From a virus (lineage: Duplodnaviria > Caudoviricetes), in the IMG/VR virus record IMGVR_UViG_3300032294_002078, positions 1 to 56,932 of that record: a stretch of DNA of 56,932 bases; one strand, given 5' to 3'. Positions within the stretch are counted from its first letter, which is position 1. Each line of letters begins with the position of its first letter. The position numbers and the translations under genes are program-made. Positions 28,828-38,500 of this stretch are shown piece by piece. The notes under the pieces are model-generated. The model saw only the letters and a list, made by a program, of their open reading frames with translations, was not told the DNA's origin and did not search any database.

Positions 28828-29475
28828 ATGCTCAAAAATTACTTTGCCATTATAAGAAAGGCAATATCAGAAGAAAGAATAAAAGGTCAAGACAAGTATT
28901 ACGAGAGTCACCACATCGTACCACTATCATTTGGTAAGAAAAGCAAGACTGTTTTATTAACTGCTGAAGAACACTATAAAGCTCACAAATACCTCGCAGA
29001 AGCATTTAAACAACATGCAGTATATGGAAAGAAAATGCTATGGGCATTTCACAGAATGACTTATAATAATGGCAGGAATATAACTGAACAAGAGTATGCT
29101 GAGGCAAGAGAACTGTTAATGGCTCTTTGGAAGAGAAAAAAGACAGAGTCTTTTAAACAGTCTATGAGTACTAAAATGAAAGGCAATAAAAATGGTGTTG
29201 GTAATAAAAAAAATTGGACTCCATCAGAAGAAACTAGAAAAAAGTACTCAGAATTAGCTATAAAAAGGCAAACTGGTAAAATCGGACAATTTGCAAATGC
29301 TAGTAAAGGATCTGTAATTTATGAATCAGAATCAGGACAAATAATAGAAGCAGGAAGTGCTTTACAATTAAGTAAAATATTAAAAGTAAATCCTAGTACT
29401 ATACAATTTAGATTAAAAGATAAGCATGGGATTATGCTAAAAGGTTATAGTGTAAGATACAAAGAGCTTTACTAG
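28828..29475 (+). mobile_element. Free-standing HNH homing endonuclease with NUMOD3-like and HTH DNA-binding tail
   Basis: YESHHIVPLSFG...VLLTAEEHYKAH; MKGNKN, SEETRKK; C-terminal LSKILKVNPSTIQFRL; interrupts the tail operon. Confidence 0.85.
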
Positions 29476-29486
29476 AGGCTTTTTTT
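29461..29486 (+). terminator. Probable intrinsic terminator
   Basis: AGCTTT-ACTA-GAGGCT followed by a T-tract. Confidence 0.55.
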
Positions 29487-29532
29487 ATTTTATAAAATTA
29501 ATTATTCTTATATTTATAAATAAATACGTTTT

Positions 29533-30300
29533 ATGTCTGAACAAAAGTTTACAGTACCAACAGAATTAATCGACCTACCTTCTAAAGGTCTTATCTATCC
29601 TAAAGAAAATACTCTATCATCTGGTCAAGTTGAAATGAAGTATATGACGGCTAAAGAGGAAGACATCCTTACAAACGTTAACCTGCTGCGCCAGGGCCTC
29701 GCCATTGAGAAGATGCTCAAAAGCCTAATAAAAGCACCAATTAATTATGAAGACATAACCTTAGGTGACAGGAATGGCTTATTGATCGCTGCTAGAATAT
29801 TAGCATACGGAAAAGATTATTCTTTTATGTATAAAAATCCTAATACAGGCGAAGAAGAAAAAGTAACTATTGATTTACAGAATCTTAAATATAAAGAATT
29901 AGATTGGACTTTGTTTAACAACAAAAACGAATTTGAATTCAAACTTCCTAAATCAGGAAATGTAATTACATTTAAAATATTAACTGTATCAGATGATAAA
30001 AAAATAGATGAAGAAATTAAAGGCGTAAAAAAGAATTTAGGTCTAGAAGCAGGAGCTGTTTCAACAAGACTTAAACATCAGATTGTAGCTATTAATGGAG
30101 ACTACTCAGTTAAAACAGTCAGAGACTTTATTGATCAAGGATATTTACTTTCAATGGATTCTATCGAACTCCGTAAATATATAGCATCTATTACCCCAGA
30201 TATATTAATGAATACTACAGTTATATTGTCAGATGGTAGTGAAGTAGATTTAGACTTACCAATGACGATAGATTTCTTTTTTCCCGGGAGCGGACTATAG
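29533..30300 (+). CDS. Tail/baseplate assembly chaperone (T4 gp26-like; gpG-equivalent position)
   Basis: IDLPSKG..YP, MKYMTAKEEDIL, GDR..LLIAARILAYG, ends DFFFP; lies between tube and tape measure. Confidence 0.8.
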   Translation: MSEQKFTVPTELIDLPSKGLIYPKENTLSSGQVEMKYMTAKEEDILTNVNLLRQGLAIEKMLKSLIKAPINYEDITLGDRNGLLIAARILAYGKDYSFMYKNPNTGEEEKVTIDLQNLKYKELDWTLFNNKNEFEFKLPKSGNVITFKILTVSDDKKIDEEIKGVKKNLGLEAGAVSTRLKHQIVAINGDYSVKTVRDFIDQGYLLSMDSIELRKYIASITPDILMNTTVILSDGSEVDLDLPMTIDFFFPGSGL

Positions 30301-30306
30301 GTCCGC
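30277..30306 (+). promoter_or_regulatory. Putative programmed ribosomal frameshift signal (+1 or -2)
   Basis: TTT TTT CCC, then a GCGGAC-TATAG-GTCCGC hairpin; the shifted frame is open into the next ORF. Confidence 0.7.
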
Positions 30307-30310
30307 ATTC

Positions 30311-30568
30311 ATGACAGAGGTTTTTGAATTAACTTATCACGGTGGTGGGGGATTTACCTATTCTGAGGTTTGGAATATGGATATTCCTAAAAGACGCTTT
30401 AATCTTAAAAAGATATCAGAATATCTAGAAAAGATTGAACAGATGCGTGATCAAAGCCGTCAACAAGTTACTGAAAAAACTGATATGAGTAAGTTTAAAA
30501 TACCGGATGCTGTAAAAAATAAGTTAGATCAGCCTTCATTTGTTTCCAAAGTAAAAAACAAAAAGTAA
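30311..30568 (+). CDS. Second tail chaperone segment (gpT-equivalent), probably made as a frameshift fusion
   Basis: The frame extends upstream as FPGADYRSAF-MTEVFELTYHGGGGF...WNM, overlapping the end of the previous gene. Confidence 0.75.
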   Translation: MTEVFELTYHGGGGFTYSEVWNMDIPKRRFNLKKISEYLEKIEQMRDQSRQQVTEKTDMSKFKIPDAVKNKLDQPSFVSKVKNKK

Positions 30569-30595
30569 ATATTTATTCGTAGGTAATACTAATAA

Positions 30596-33361
30596 ATGGC
30601 AGATAACCAAAATACACCAGGCGGACAAACACCTAATCAAGGATCTAATCAATCTAGATCTACAGGAAAAGAACTTTTAGATAGTCTAAAAGAACAGCTC
30701 CGATTAGAAGGTGATTATAGAGATATATTAAGAGATTCTGTTAGAGAATTACAAAAAGCTATAAAACAGCATGATACTATTGCGGCTAAATTAGAATCCT
30801 ATAGTACTAGCACTATTAATATAAAACAAGTTCAACATGAGATAAATCAAAATCTCATAAAACAAAATATAAATAAAATAAAGCTTACAGAATCTGCTGC
30901 AAAATTAGGAGGTATAGAATCAGATCAAGTTAAAATAGCAAATCAATACCTAACAGAATTAGAAAAGAGGCAAGAATTAGAAGGAAATTATATTAATAAA
31001 AGACAAGAACTTATATCTTTTGAAAATAAATTTAAAGAAACAAAAAAACAAGAATATAATGCTTTAAATGATTATTATAATAAATTAGAAGACCAAAGAA
31101 AGTTAGAAGAATATATTGTTAGTTTATCTGAAAGAGGATTAGCAGATAATGATTTAGTTGTTGTAACTAAAAAAAGAGAATTAGATGCATTAAAAAATCA
31201 AATTTCTTTAAAACAACAATCTTTTTCAGCAGACCAACAAGCGTTTATTAATACTAAAAATATTTTTGATCAAGCAAAAGAAGCTGTAGATAAACAAGAA
31301 GAAAAAGTATCTACTATACAACAAGGATTAAATTTAGAACAAGCTGCATATATCCAAGCTAAAAAAACAAATGAGTTATATGATTCAAATAATGAGAAAT
31401 TAAAAGAACAAGAAGAATTTGAAAAAAGATCTCAAAAAAATGCAGGAGTTCTTGGAAAATTAGTTGGTGGTTTAGCTAATAAGTTTGGAATAGGTGAGCA
31501 AGTACAGCAGGATATGGTGGCTCAACAAAAACTTTTAGCCGCCCAATCAGATGCTTCTGGAAAAAAATCCGGTACTTTTTCTGATAAATTTAGTGTTGCA
31601 AAAACTGGTATTAAAAGTATAGGAAAAGGAATAGCTGATAATTTTAAAACTGACCCAGTATTTAAATTTGGCGCAGCTTTAGGAGTTGTAGGACTTGCGT
31701 ATAAAGGATTATCAGCAGGTTTTGATATGGTAGGAAATGCAGCAGCAAAAGCAGGTAACTTTATGGCAGGATTATCTGAAGATTCAGGTAATTTAGTAAG
31801 AGGCCTTACAAGTGGAATGTCTGATTTAGCAAGAAAAATACCTTTAGTAGGTGGACTTCTAGGAGGTTTAATAGATGGTTTTTCTGCTTTACTAGATTTA
31901 GTTCTTGGTGTAGATAATATGATTGTTAAAACTGGAAGACAATTAAATCTTTCAGCAGAAGGTGCAAGAAATCTATATAGAAATCTAGCAGCAGCATCAC
32001 AGGCATCAGGAGATATTTACATGACCGGTAAAAAATATCTTGAGTCTCAATTAGAATTAACACAACAATTAGGTATTACAAATATTCTTAATCAAGAAAT
32101 ATTAAGAACTAATATTAAATTAAAAGATTTTGCTGGTCTAGAAGCAGATACTCGAGCACGAATTGCAGAATCTGCTCAAATTACTGGTGCAGAAGCTGAA
32201 GATACAGTTAAATCTGTACTTGGTCAAGTTAAAGGATTAGAAAGAGCAACAGGTGTAAGTTTTCAATATCAACAAGTATTAAAAGAAGTATCAAGTCTTG
32301 GAGGTTATTTAGGACTTCAATTTGCAAAATATCCTGAAAAATTAACAAAAGCATTTCTTAGCACTAAAGCTTTAGGTTTAGAACTAAAGCAATTAGATGG
32401 GATGGCAAGTTCATTTTTAGATTTTGAATCATCTATATCAAAAGAATTTGAAGCTCAACTTTTAACAGGAAAAAATATTAATTTAAGTAAAGCTAGAGAA
32501 TTATTTTTAAATAATGATTTAGCAGGCGCCGCTGCTGAAATTGCAAAGCATACAGGAGACGCTGCAGGATATTCTAAAATGAATAGAATACAACAAGACT
32601 CTTTAGCTGAGGCAATGGGAATGAATAGAGATCAAATGGCAGATATGCTTAAACAACAAGAGCTATATTCTAAATTTGGTGTTAAGAATAGAGAAGATTT
32701 ATTAAAACAAGTAGATTTATTAAGAACATCTGGTAGAGAACAAGAGGCAATAAATAAAGCCGGTGGTGAAGCTGCATTTAATGATTTAGTTAGAGCATCT
32801 GCACAAGAAAAACTTGCATTAACTATAGAAAAAATAAAACAATCTATTGTAGAATTTGTTGAGCGTAGTGGAATCATTGAAAAAGTAGAAGCGTTTGTAG
32901 ATAAACTATCTAATCCTGAAACTATTAAAGGTATAATAGGAACTATAAGAGATACAATTTCAACTTTTATTAAAGTTGCTGGGGAAATGTTAGCTGATGT
33001 TATTGAAATTGGTGGAGAAATAGCTGATATGCTCACTCCATTTGGTAGTATTGACTATAGTGAAAAAGCTAAAATAACAGGAGATAAAATAAGAGCGGGA
33101 TCTATAGAAATGTCTGATAGAGTTAGTGGTCTTGGAAATTATGCTATAGCTTCAGTAGAAAATGCCGCAGCAAAAGATAAATTGAAAACAGAAACAGCCG
33201 CTACTAAAGCTGCTGATAATAGTATGAGTATGGCAAAACCCACAAAAGAAAATCTTAATGTTAATGTTTATCAAACTACATATGTTGTAGATCATAAAAA
33301 AGATACAGAAACTAGAATAGACATGGCCCCTAATCAAGATATTAAAACAGGAAGAAAATAA
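30596..33361 (+). CDS. Tape measure protein
   Basis: 921 aa helical/coiled-coil with Gly/Ala hydrophobic stretches; canonical position. Confidence 0.85.
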   Translation: MADNQNTPGGQTPNQGSNQSRSTGKELLDSLKEQLRLEGDYRDILRDSVRELQKAIKQHDTIAAKLESYSTSTINIKQVQHEINQNLIKQNINKIKLTESAAKLGGIESDQVKIANQYLTELEKRQELEGNYINKRQELISFENKFKETKKQEYNALNDYYNKLEDQRKLEEYIVSLSERGLADNDLVVVTKKRELDALKNQISLKQQSFSADQQAFINTKNIFDQAKEAVDKQEEKVSTIQQGLNLEQAAYIQAKKTNELYDSNNEKLKEQEEFEKRSQKNAGVLGKLVGGLANKFGIGEQVQQDMVAQQKLLAAQSDASGKKSGTFSDKFSVAKTGIKSIGKGIADNFKTDPVFKFGAALGVVGLAYKGLSAGFDMVGNAAAKAGNFMAGLSEDSGNLVRGLTSGMSDLARKIPLVGGLLGGLIDGFSALLDLVLGVDNMIVKTGRQLNLSAEGARNLYRNLAAASQASGDIYMTGKKYLESQLELTQQLGITNILNQEILRTNIKLKDFAGLEADTRARIAESAQITGAEAEDTVKSVLGQVKGLERATGVSFQYQQVLKEVSSLGGYLGLQFAKYPEKLTKAFLSTKALGLELKQLDGMASSFLDFESSISKEFEAQLLTGKNINLSKARELFLNNDLAGAAAEIAKHTGDAAGYSKMNRIQQDSLAEAMGMNRDQMADMLKQQELYSKFGVKNREDLLKQVDLLRTSGREQEAINKAGGEAAFNDLVRASAQEKLALTIEKIKQSIVEFVERSGIIEKVEAFVDKLSNPETIKGIIGTIRDTISTFIKVAGEMLADVIEIGGEIADMLTPFGSIDYSEKAKITGDKIRAGSIEMSDRVSGLGNYAIASVENAAAKDKLKTETAATKAADNSMSMAKPTKENLNVNVYQTTYVVDHKKDTETRIDMAPNQDIKTGRK

Positions 33362-33370
33362 AAAAATGAA

Positions 33371-35224
33371 ATGCCACTAATAGACTTAAAAACTAATCTA
33401 AAAACCCTAAGGTTTGGTAACGACCAACCAGGATATGGTTCTTCAGGTCTACCTTATATTCAAACGGCTATTCCTGATGTAATTAATGCAACAGGAACAT
33501 TTAAGCCTATTTTTAGACCTGGGTCTACTGGTAATTTAGATTTTCCTATTCGTGGTGGAGATATTAAATTTAATATAGGAACGCAAACATTTACTTTATC
33601 TAGTGAAATAGATAAAACAAGAATTAGAAAATTTTTTGAAGATGCTCCTAGAGGTAAAGCTTTTATAGAAAAACAAATCGGTCTACAATTATCTAATCCT
33701 AAAATAGAAACAGGAAATACATTGTATGGTTTTGGACAATCAGCAACTCTTCCTGGACTTTTAGAAAATACTAGAGTATATAATAAAGGATTAAATACAT
33801 TAGCACAAGTAGGAGCATCAGGAACAGGAGCGCATGCAATTAGACACGGTTTAATGCCTTTTAATCCTTTTCAAAAACATTACTATGATATAGTTAATGC
33901 TCAAAATGTAGATAATCAATCTATAAATAATAGGCTACTTATTTTAAATAATCTTAAAATGAGTAGTAATGTAGCACAAATAGCAAACGCAAATGAAATA
34001 GAAAATATAAATACAGTAAATACTTTAGGAATATCACTAAATAAAAACTTTATATACCAATATTGGGGAGGTCCTGGATCTACTTATGGTATAGGTGTAA
34101 CTACTGTAAAAAGAGTTGTTGATACTACTAGATTACGTTCATTTTCAACAATGAACTATGATCAATTAAAAGCTCAAAATTCTAACTTTGGTAATGCTAT
34201 ACCTAAAATACAAGACTTTAGAGATCAAACAGGTCTAGCTTTAGACGGATCTTATATTCCATGGGGAAATAATCAAATAAATAAAAGGTTTTATGTAGCA
34301 GCAGGATCTTATAAAGATAAAATGAATTCTAAATATCCTTTTGCTTTTAAAAATAATGTGGCTCCTTGGGAATTTAATTCAGAAGGTACTGATGATATAA
34401 TTAAATTTGTTTTTGAAGCTATTTCAAATGATGATCCTAATTATTCTACTGCAATATTTTTTAGAGCATTTTTAATTGCTGGTATAACTGATAATAATTC
34501 CGCTACATTAAATGGATTTAAATATATGGGTAGGGGTGAAAATTTCTATACATATCAAGGTTTTGATAGAACAGTAAGTTTTTCATTTAGAGTAGCTGCA
34601 GGTTCAAGAGATGAAATAAGACCTTTATATAATAAAGTAAATACTTTAATAAGTCAAGTATATCCAGATTATAGTCCTCAACAAGGAATAATGAGAGCTC
34701 CTGTAGTTAGACTTACAATAGGAGATTATTTTTATAGAGTTCCAGGATTTTTAGAAAGTGTCAATATTACTGTTGATAATAATTATCCTTGGGAAGTTAA
34801 TTTAGAAAAAAGTGAAATAGGAGATATAGCTCAATTACCTCAAATAATGGACGTAGCAGTATCTTTTAAACCTATTATGGATATACTTCCTAGAAGATCG
34901 TCTATAACTAGAAATACAGATCTTTCCGGAAGATTAGCAAGTGTTAATAATGATCAGGAATTATTCACTCAAAATAATACATCATTAATAGCTAATTCCC
35001 AAAACTTTATAGAACCATCTATAGTAGAAGATGCAAACGCATATGAAAATAATTTAGCAAAAAGAGAAAGACAGTTAGAAAGAGAAAATAGAATGAATGA
35101 AGCTTTTTCAAGAAATACTCCTAGTAGTGTTCCTTTAGATACAATAAATAGAGTTAGAAGAAATGTAGCAACTCAACAAGGAGACGCTACCATAAACTCT
35201 CAATTTCAATTTGATAATCCATAA
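33371..35224 (+). CDS. Baseplate/tube-initiator-like structural protein
   Basis: YMGRGENFYTYQGFDRTVSFSF...MRAPVVRLTIGD...PGFLESV..T...PWE tube-fold motif; follows the tape measure. Confidence 0.65.
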   Translation: MPLIDLKTNLKTLRFGNDQPGYGSSGLPYIQTAIPDVINATGTFKPIFRPGSTGNLDFPIRGGDIKFNIGTQTFTLSSEIDKTRIRKFFEDAPRGKAFIEKQIGLQLSNPKIETGNTLYGFGQSATLPGLLENTRVYNKGLNTLAQVGASGTGAHAIRHGLMPFNPFQKHYYDIVNAQNVDNQSINNRLLILNNLKMSSNVAQIANANEIENINTVNTLGISLNKNFIYQYWGGPGSTYGIGVTTVKRVVDTTRLRSFSTMNYDQLKAQNSNFGNAIPKIQDFRDQTGLALDGSYIPWGNNQINKRFYVAAGSYKDKMNSKYPFAFKNNVAPWEFNSEGTDDIIKFVFEAISNDDPNYSTAIFFRAFLIAGITDNNSATLNGFKYMGRGENFYTYQGFDRTVSFSFRVAAGSRDEIRPLYNKVNTLISQVYPDYSPQQGIMRAPVVRLTIGDYFYRVPGFLESVNITVDNNYPWEVNLEKSEIGDIAQLPQIMDVAVSFKPIMDILPRRSSITRNTDLSGRLASVNNDQELFTQNNTSLIANSQNFIEPSIVEDANAYENNLAKRERQLERENRMNEAFSRNTPSSVPLDTINRVRRNVATQQGDATINSQFQFDNP

Positions 35225-35226
35225 AA

Positions 35227-35532
35227 ATGAACTATAGATATCAAAATATACAAGTAACAAAAAACAATACAGGAGAAAGATATTATTCAAATAATATCTA
35301 TCCTGATATACCACTATCTAATAATGATAACTATATTATTACTGTATTAGGTGATAGATTAGATTTAATAGCATTTGATTTTTATGGAGATACAAGTCTT
35401 TGGTGGATTATAGCATCTGCAAATTCTCTACCGGGTGATTCTTTATATCTAGAACCAGGAAGCCAATTAAGAATTCCTATAGATATATCAGGTATAATAA
35501 ATGAATATAAACAAATAAACGCAATAAGATAG
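35227..35532 (+). CDS. LysM-like baseplate wedge protein
   Basis: GDRLDLIAFDFYGDTSLWWIIASAN...PGSQLRIP. Confidence 0.85.
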   Translation: MNYRYQNIQVTKNNTGERYYSNNIYPDIPLSNNDNYIITVLGDRLDLIAFDFYGDTSLWWIIASANSLPGDSLYLEPGSQLRIPIDISGIINEYKQINAIR

Positions 35533-35534
35533 TT

Positions 35535-38500
35535 ATGCCATTAGATAACAAAATATCTAACATTATTGGTACTAAATTACCTCAATGGGTATTAAATCAG
35601 TTAGAGACTAGAGCTAATAAAAATACTCAAGATTCTAGAGATAATGATAATATTTTATATTTAGCAAATAAAAGTGCTTGGGTAAGATTAGTTTCTTCTG
35701 TAAATCTTAATGATTATAGAGATATAAACTATTTTAAAAATATAGCAGGTGCTAATATAGAATCCCCAGTACAATTATTTGGTTCTTATATAGCAAACCC
35801 AAGTAGTCTTGCTAAACAGTATGTTTTATTTGGAGGAACATCAAAATATCTAAATAATAATTCTTATGGATTAAGATCTGGTTTAGATTATGATGGCGCT
35901 TATGGAATGTTAGGTAAAAGTGAAGTGCAACAATTCGGTTATAAGCCTATGCCAGGTATAACTAGAGTTACTATAGAAACACAAGGTAGGTTAGGTTCTA
36001 TAAGAGGCGCAATAATTAATTTTAAATGTTGGGATAAAAACCAATTAGACATAATTGATGCTCTTTATTTTAAATTAGGTTTTACCATGTTTCTTGAATG
36101 GGGACACACTTTTTATTATCCAAGTCCTCAAAATACTTATCAAAGAGATCCTAATAAAATAATTTCTACTGAATTATATAGTATAGATCCTTTTGAAGAA
36201 AATTTAAATAAAGAAGATATTCAAATTAGAATAGCTAAAAATTCAAGAGAAACAGAAGGTAATTATGATGCCATGTTAGGTATGTGTACAAATTTTAATT
36301 TTACATATACTCAAGATGGAGGATATGATTGTACATTAAGATTAATGGGTTTAGGTATATTAGGTGATGCTATCAAAATTAATAATGCAGGAACTTTACC
36401 TAACTTATTAGAAGAGGAAATTAAACAATTAAATAATACATTAATTGAAATTTCTAAAGCAAGTGCAGCTAGTCAAGTACCAACTGATACAAATCCATTC
36501 CCACCAGATCCTGCATCTAATGATATACTATCAAATTTAGTTTCAGATTTAGCTTTAGAAATACCAAATGTTTTCCCTCCTAAGTTATTTGCTACTTTAC
36601 CTGAAAGTTCTCTAAAAGCTATTGCATTTGCAAATAATAATGTAGATAGCGAAAGAGCAAAAAAACAATTGAGATCAGAATTTTCTAAAAATGGAAACAA
36701 TATAGTAGTTTTTCCTTATGATACTAATTTTAAAATAAGTGATAATAGTGAATATGAAACTTTAGACGCTAAAAAGTTTTATAGACTTGATTATGCAGTA
36801 GAAAGAAGTTCTAGATATTATATCAGCGGATTAAATCTTATTTTAGATAAAAACCAAACTTATTCAGGAATATCTTTAGATATATCTAAATTAAAAGAAA
36901 GATATTTTTTATCTAATCCAAATGATAGACCAGATACGACTTTCGGTTTTTTTCAAGACGTTTTTAATAAAGAAACTCCGATATTAAATAAAAATGCTGG
37001 TGGTGAGAGTATTTACGGAAAAGGAACTGGAGATGTAGTATTATATAGATATCAAATAAATTATAAAAATTCAAAAGCACTAGGTAAAGAATACTATATA
37101 AGAGTAAGAATACCTTGGATCGTATCAGATTCTAAAACTAGAAAAGATATAATAGAATTAATATTTAAAAATGATGTATTTCAAGATAGTAGATTATCTT
37201 TTAGAAAAGATTATTTTTCACAAACACAATCATGGCCTAATTTTAGCTATTCATTTAATTTAGTATTTAAATTAAAAGCAACAGATGCTAATAATCAAGA
37301 AACAGAAATAGATATTAATATTGATTTTAATGATAGTAGTTTATTTCAAGATATACAAACAGAAAATAATAATTTACTATTAACAGCATTTGGCAAAACT
37401 CTTAAAGATAGAGATCTAATAGCACAAAACGTTAATAATTTTACTAATTTAGAACAACAAAAAAATGAGCAAGAAACAGTAGCTACTCAAATACAGCAGG
37501 CTTTAAACTATCAGTCTACATTAGAAATAATGCTTAGAACAATACAACTACATGCATTAAATAAAGCAATAAACCAAACTGAAAAACCTGATTTAGAAAT
37601 AGGTAGAACTACATATGTTTTAAAAATATCTGATAAAAAAGATGCTAGAGGAGGTGAAACTTTTTTAAAGCAAATATTTTCAACAGGCATATTTTCACAA
37701 TTTATAGATGATTTAGTATATAAAGAAACTACAAAAATAAAAGATTCTATTTATACTACAGATAAAAAAATGGTGCCTATAGAAAGATTTAAAATTTATT
37801 CTAAATATGGATTTGCTACTAGTTTATTAGGAAATAAAGAAGATATAAGTGTTTTAGAACCGGTTAATTTTGAAGAATTATTAAAAGCATATGTAATACC
37901 ATATGAAATAAATCAAGAAATAATTAAAGGAACATCAACCAATCACCCAGTATATATTCCTTTAGGTTTAGTTTTAATGATATTAAATCATTCTTGTACT
38001 ATATATGATAGTAAACAAAATAAAGATTTTCAAACTCCTTTAGTTTATATAGATTTTAATCCTGAATTAAATTTTTGTCTTACTAATTCAAAACAGCTAA
38101 GCACAGATCCTTGGACTTGTTTAATTCCTTTTGAAGGTAGCTTTGAAGATTACAAACAATTATTTGACAAAGATATATTGATTAGTGGTAGTAATGCTAT
38201 ACAGGCAACAAGTGGAAGTAAAGAAACAACACCTTTATTTAATCCAGATACTCAAGATTATTTAAGTGCAACACTACCTAAATTAAAATTTGATGAATAT
38301 GTAAACTTAGAAAATGAAAAACAATCAGGAAATATCTATAGAGGAAAAATAATGAATGTTTTAATGAATATAGATTATTTAGTTGAACTAGCTCAACAAT
38401 ATAGTTATAAAGATGGAACTAATAGTGTATATTTAAAGACTTTTATAGAACAAATGCTTTCTGATATAAATAAGTCTTTAGGTAATTTTAATATGTTAAG

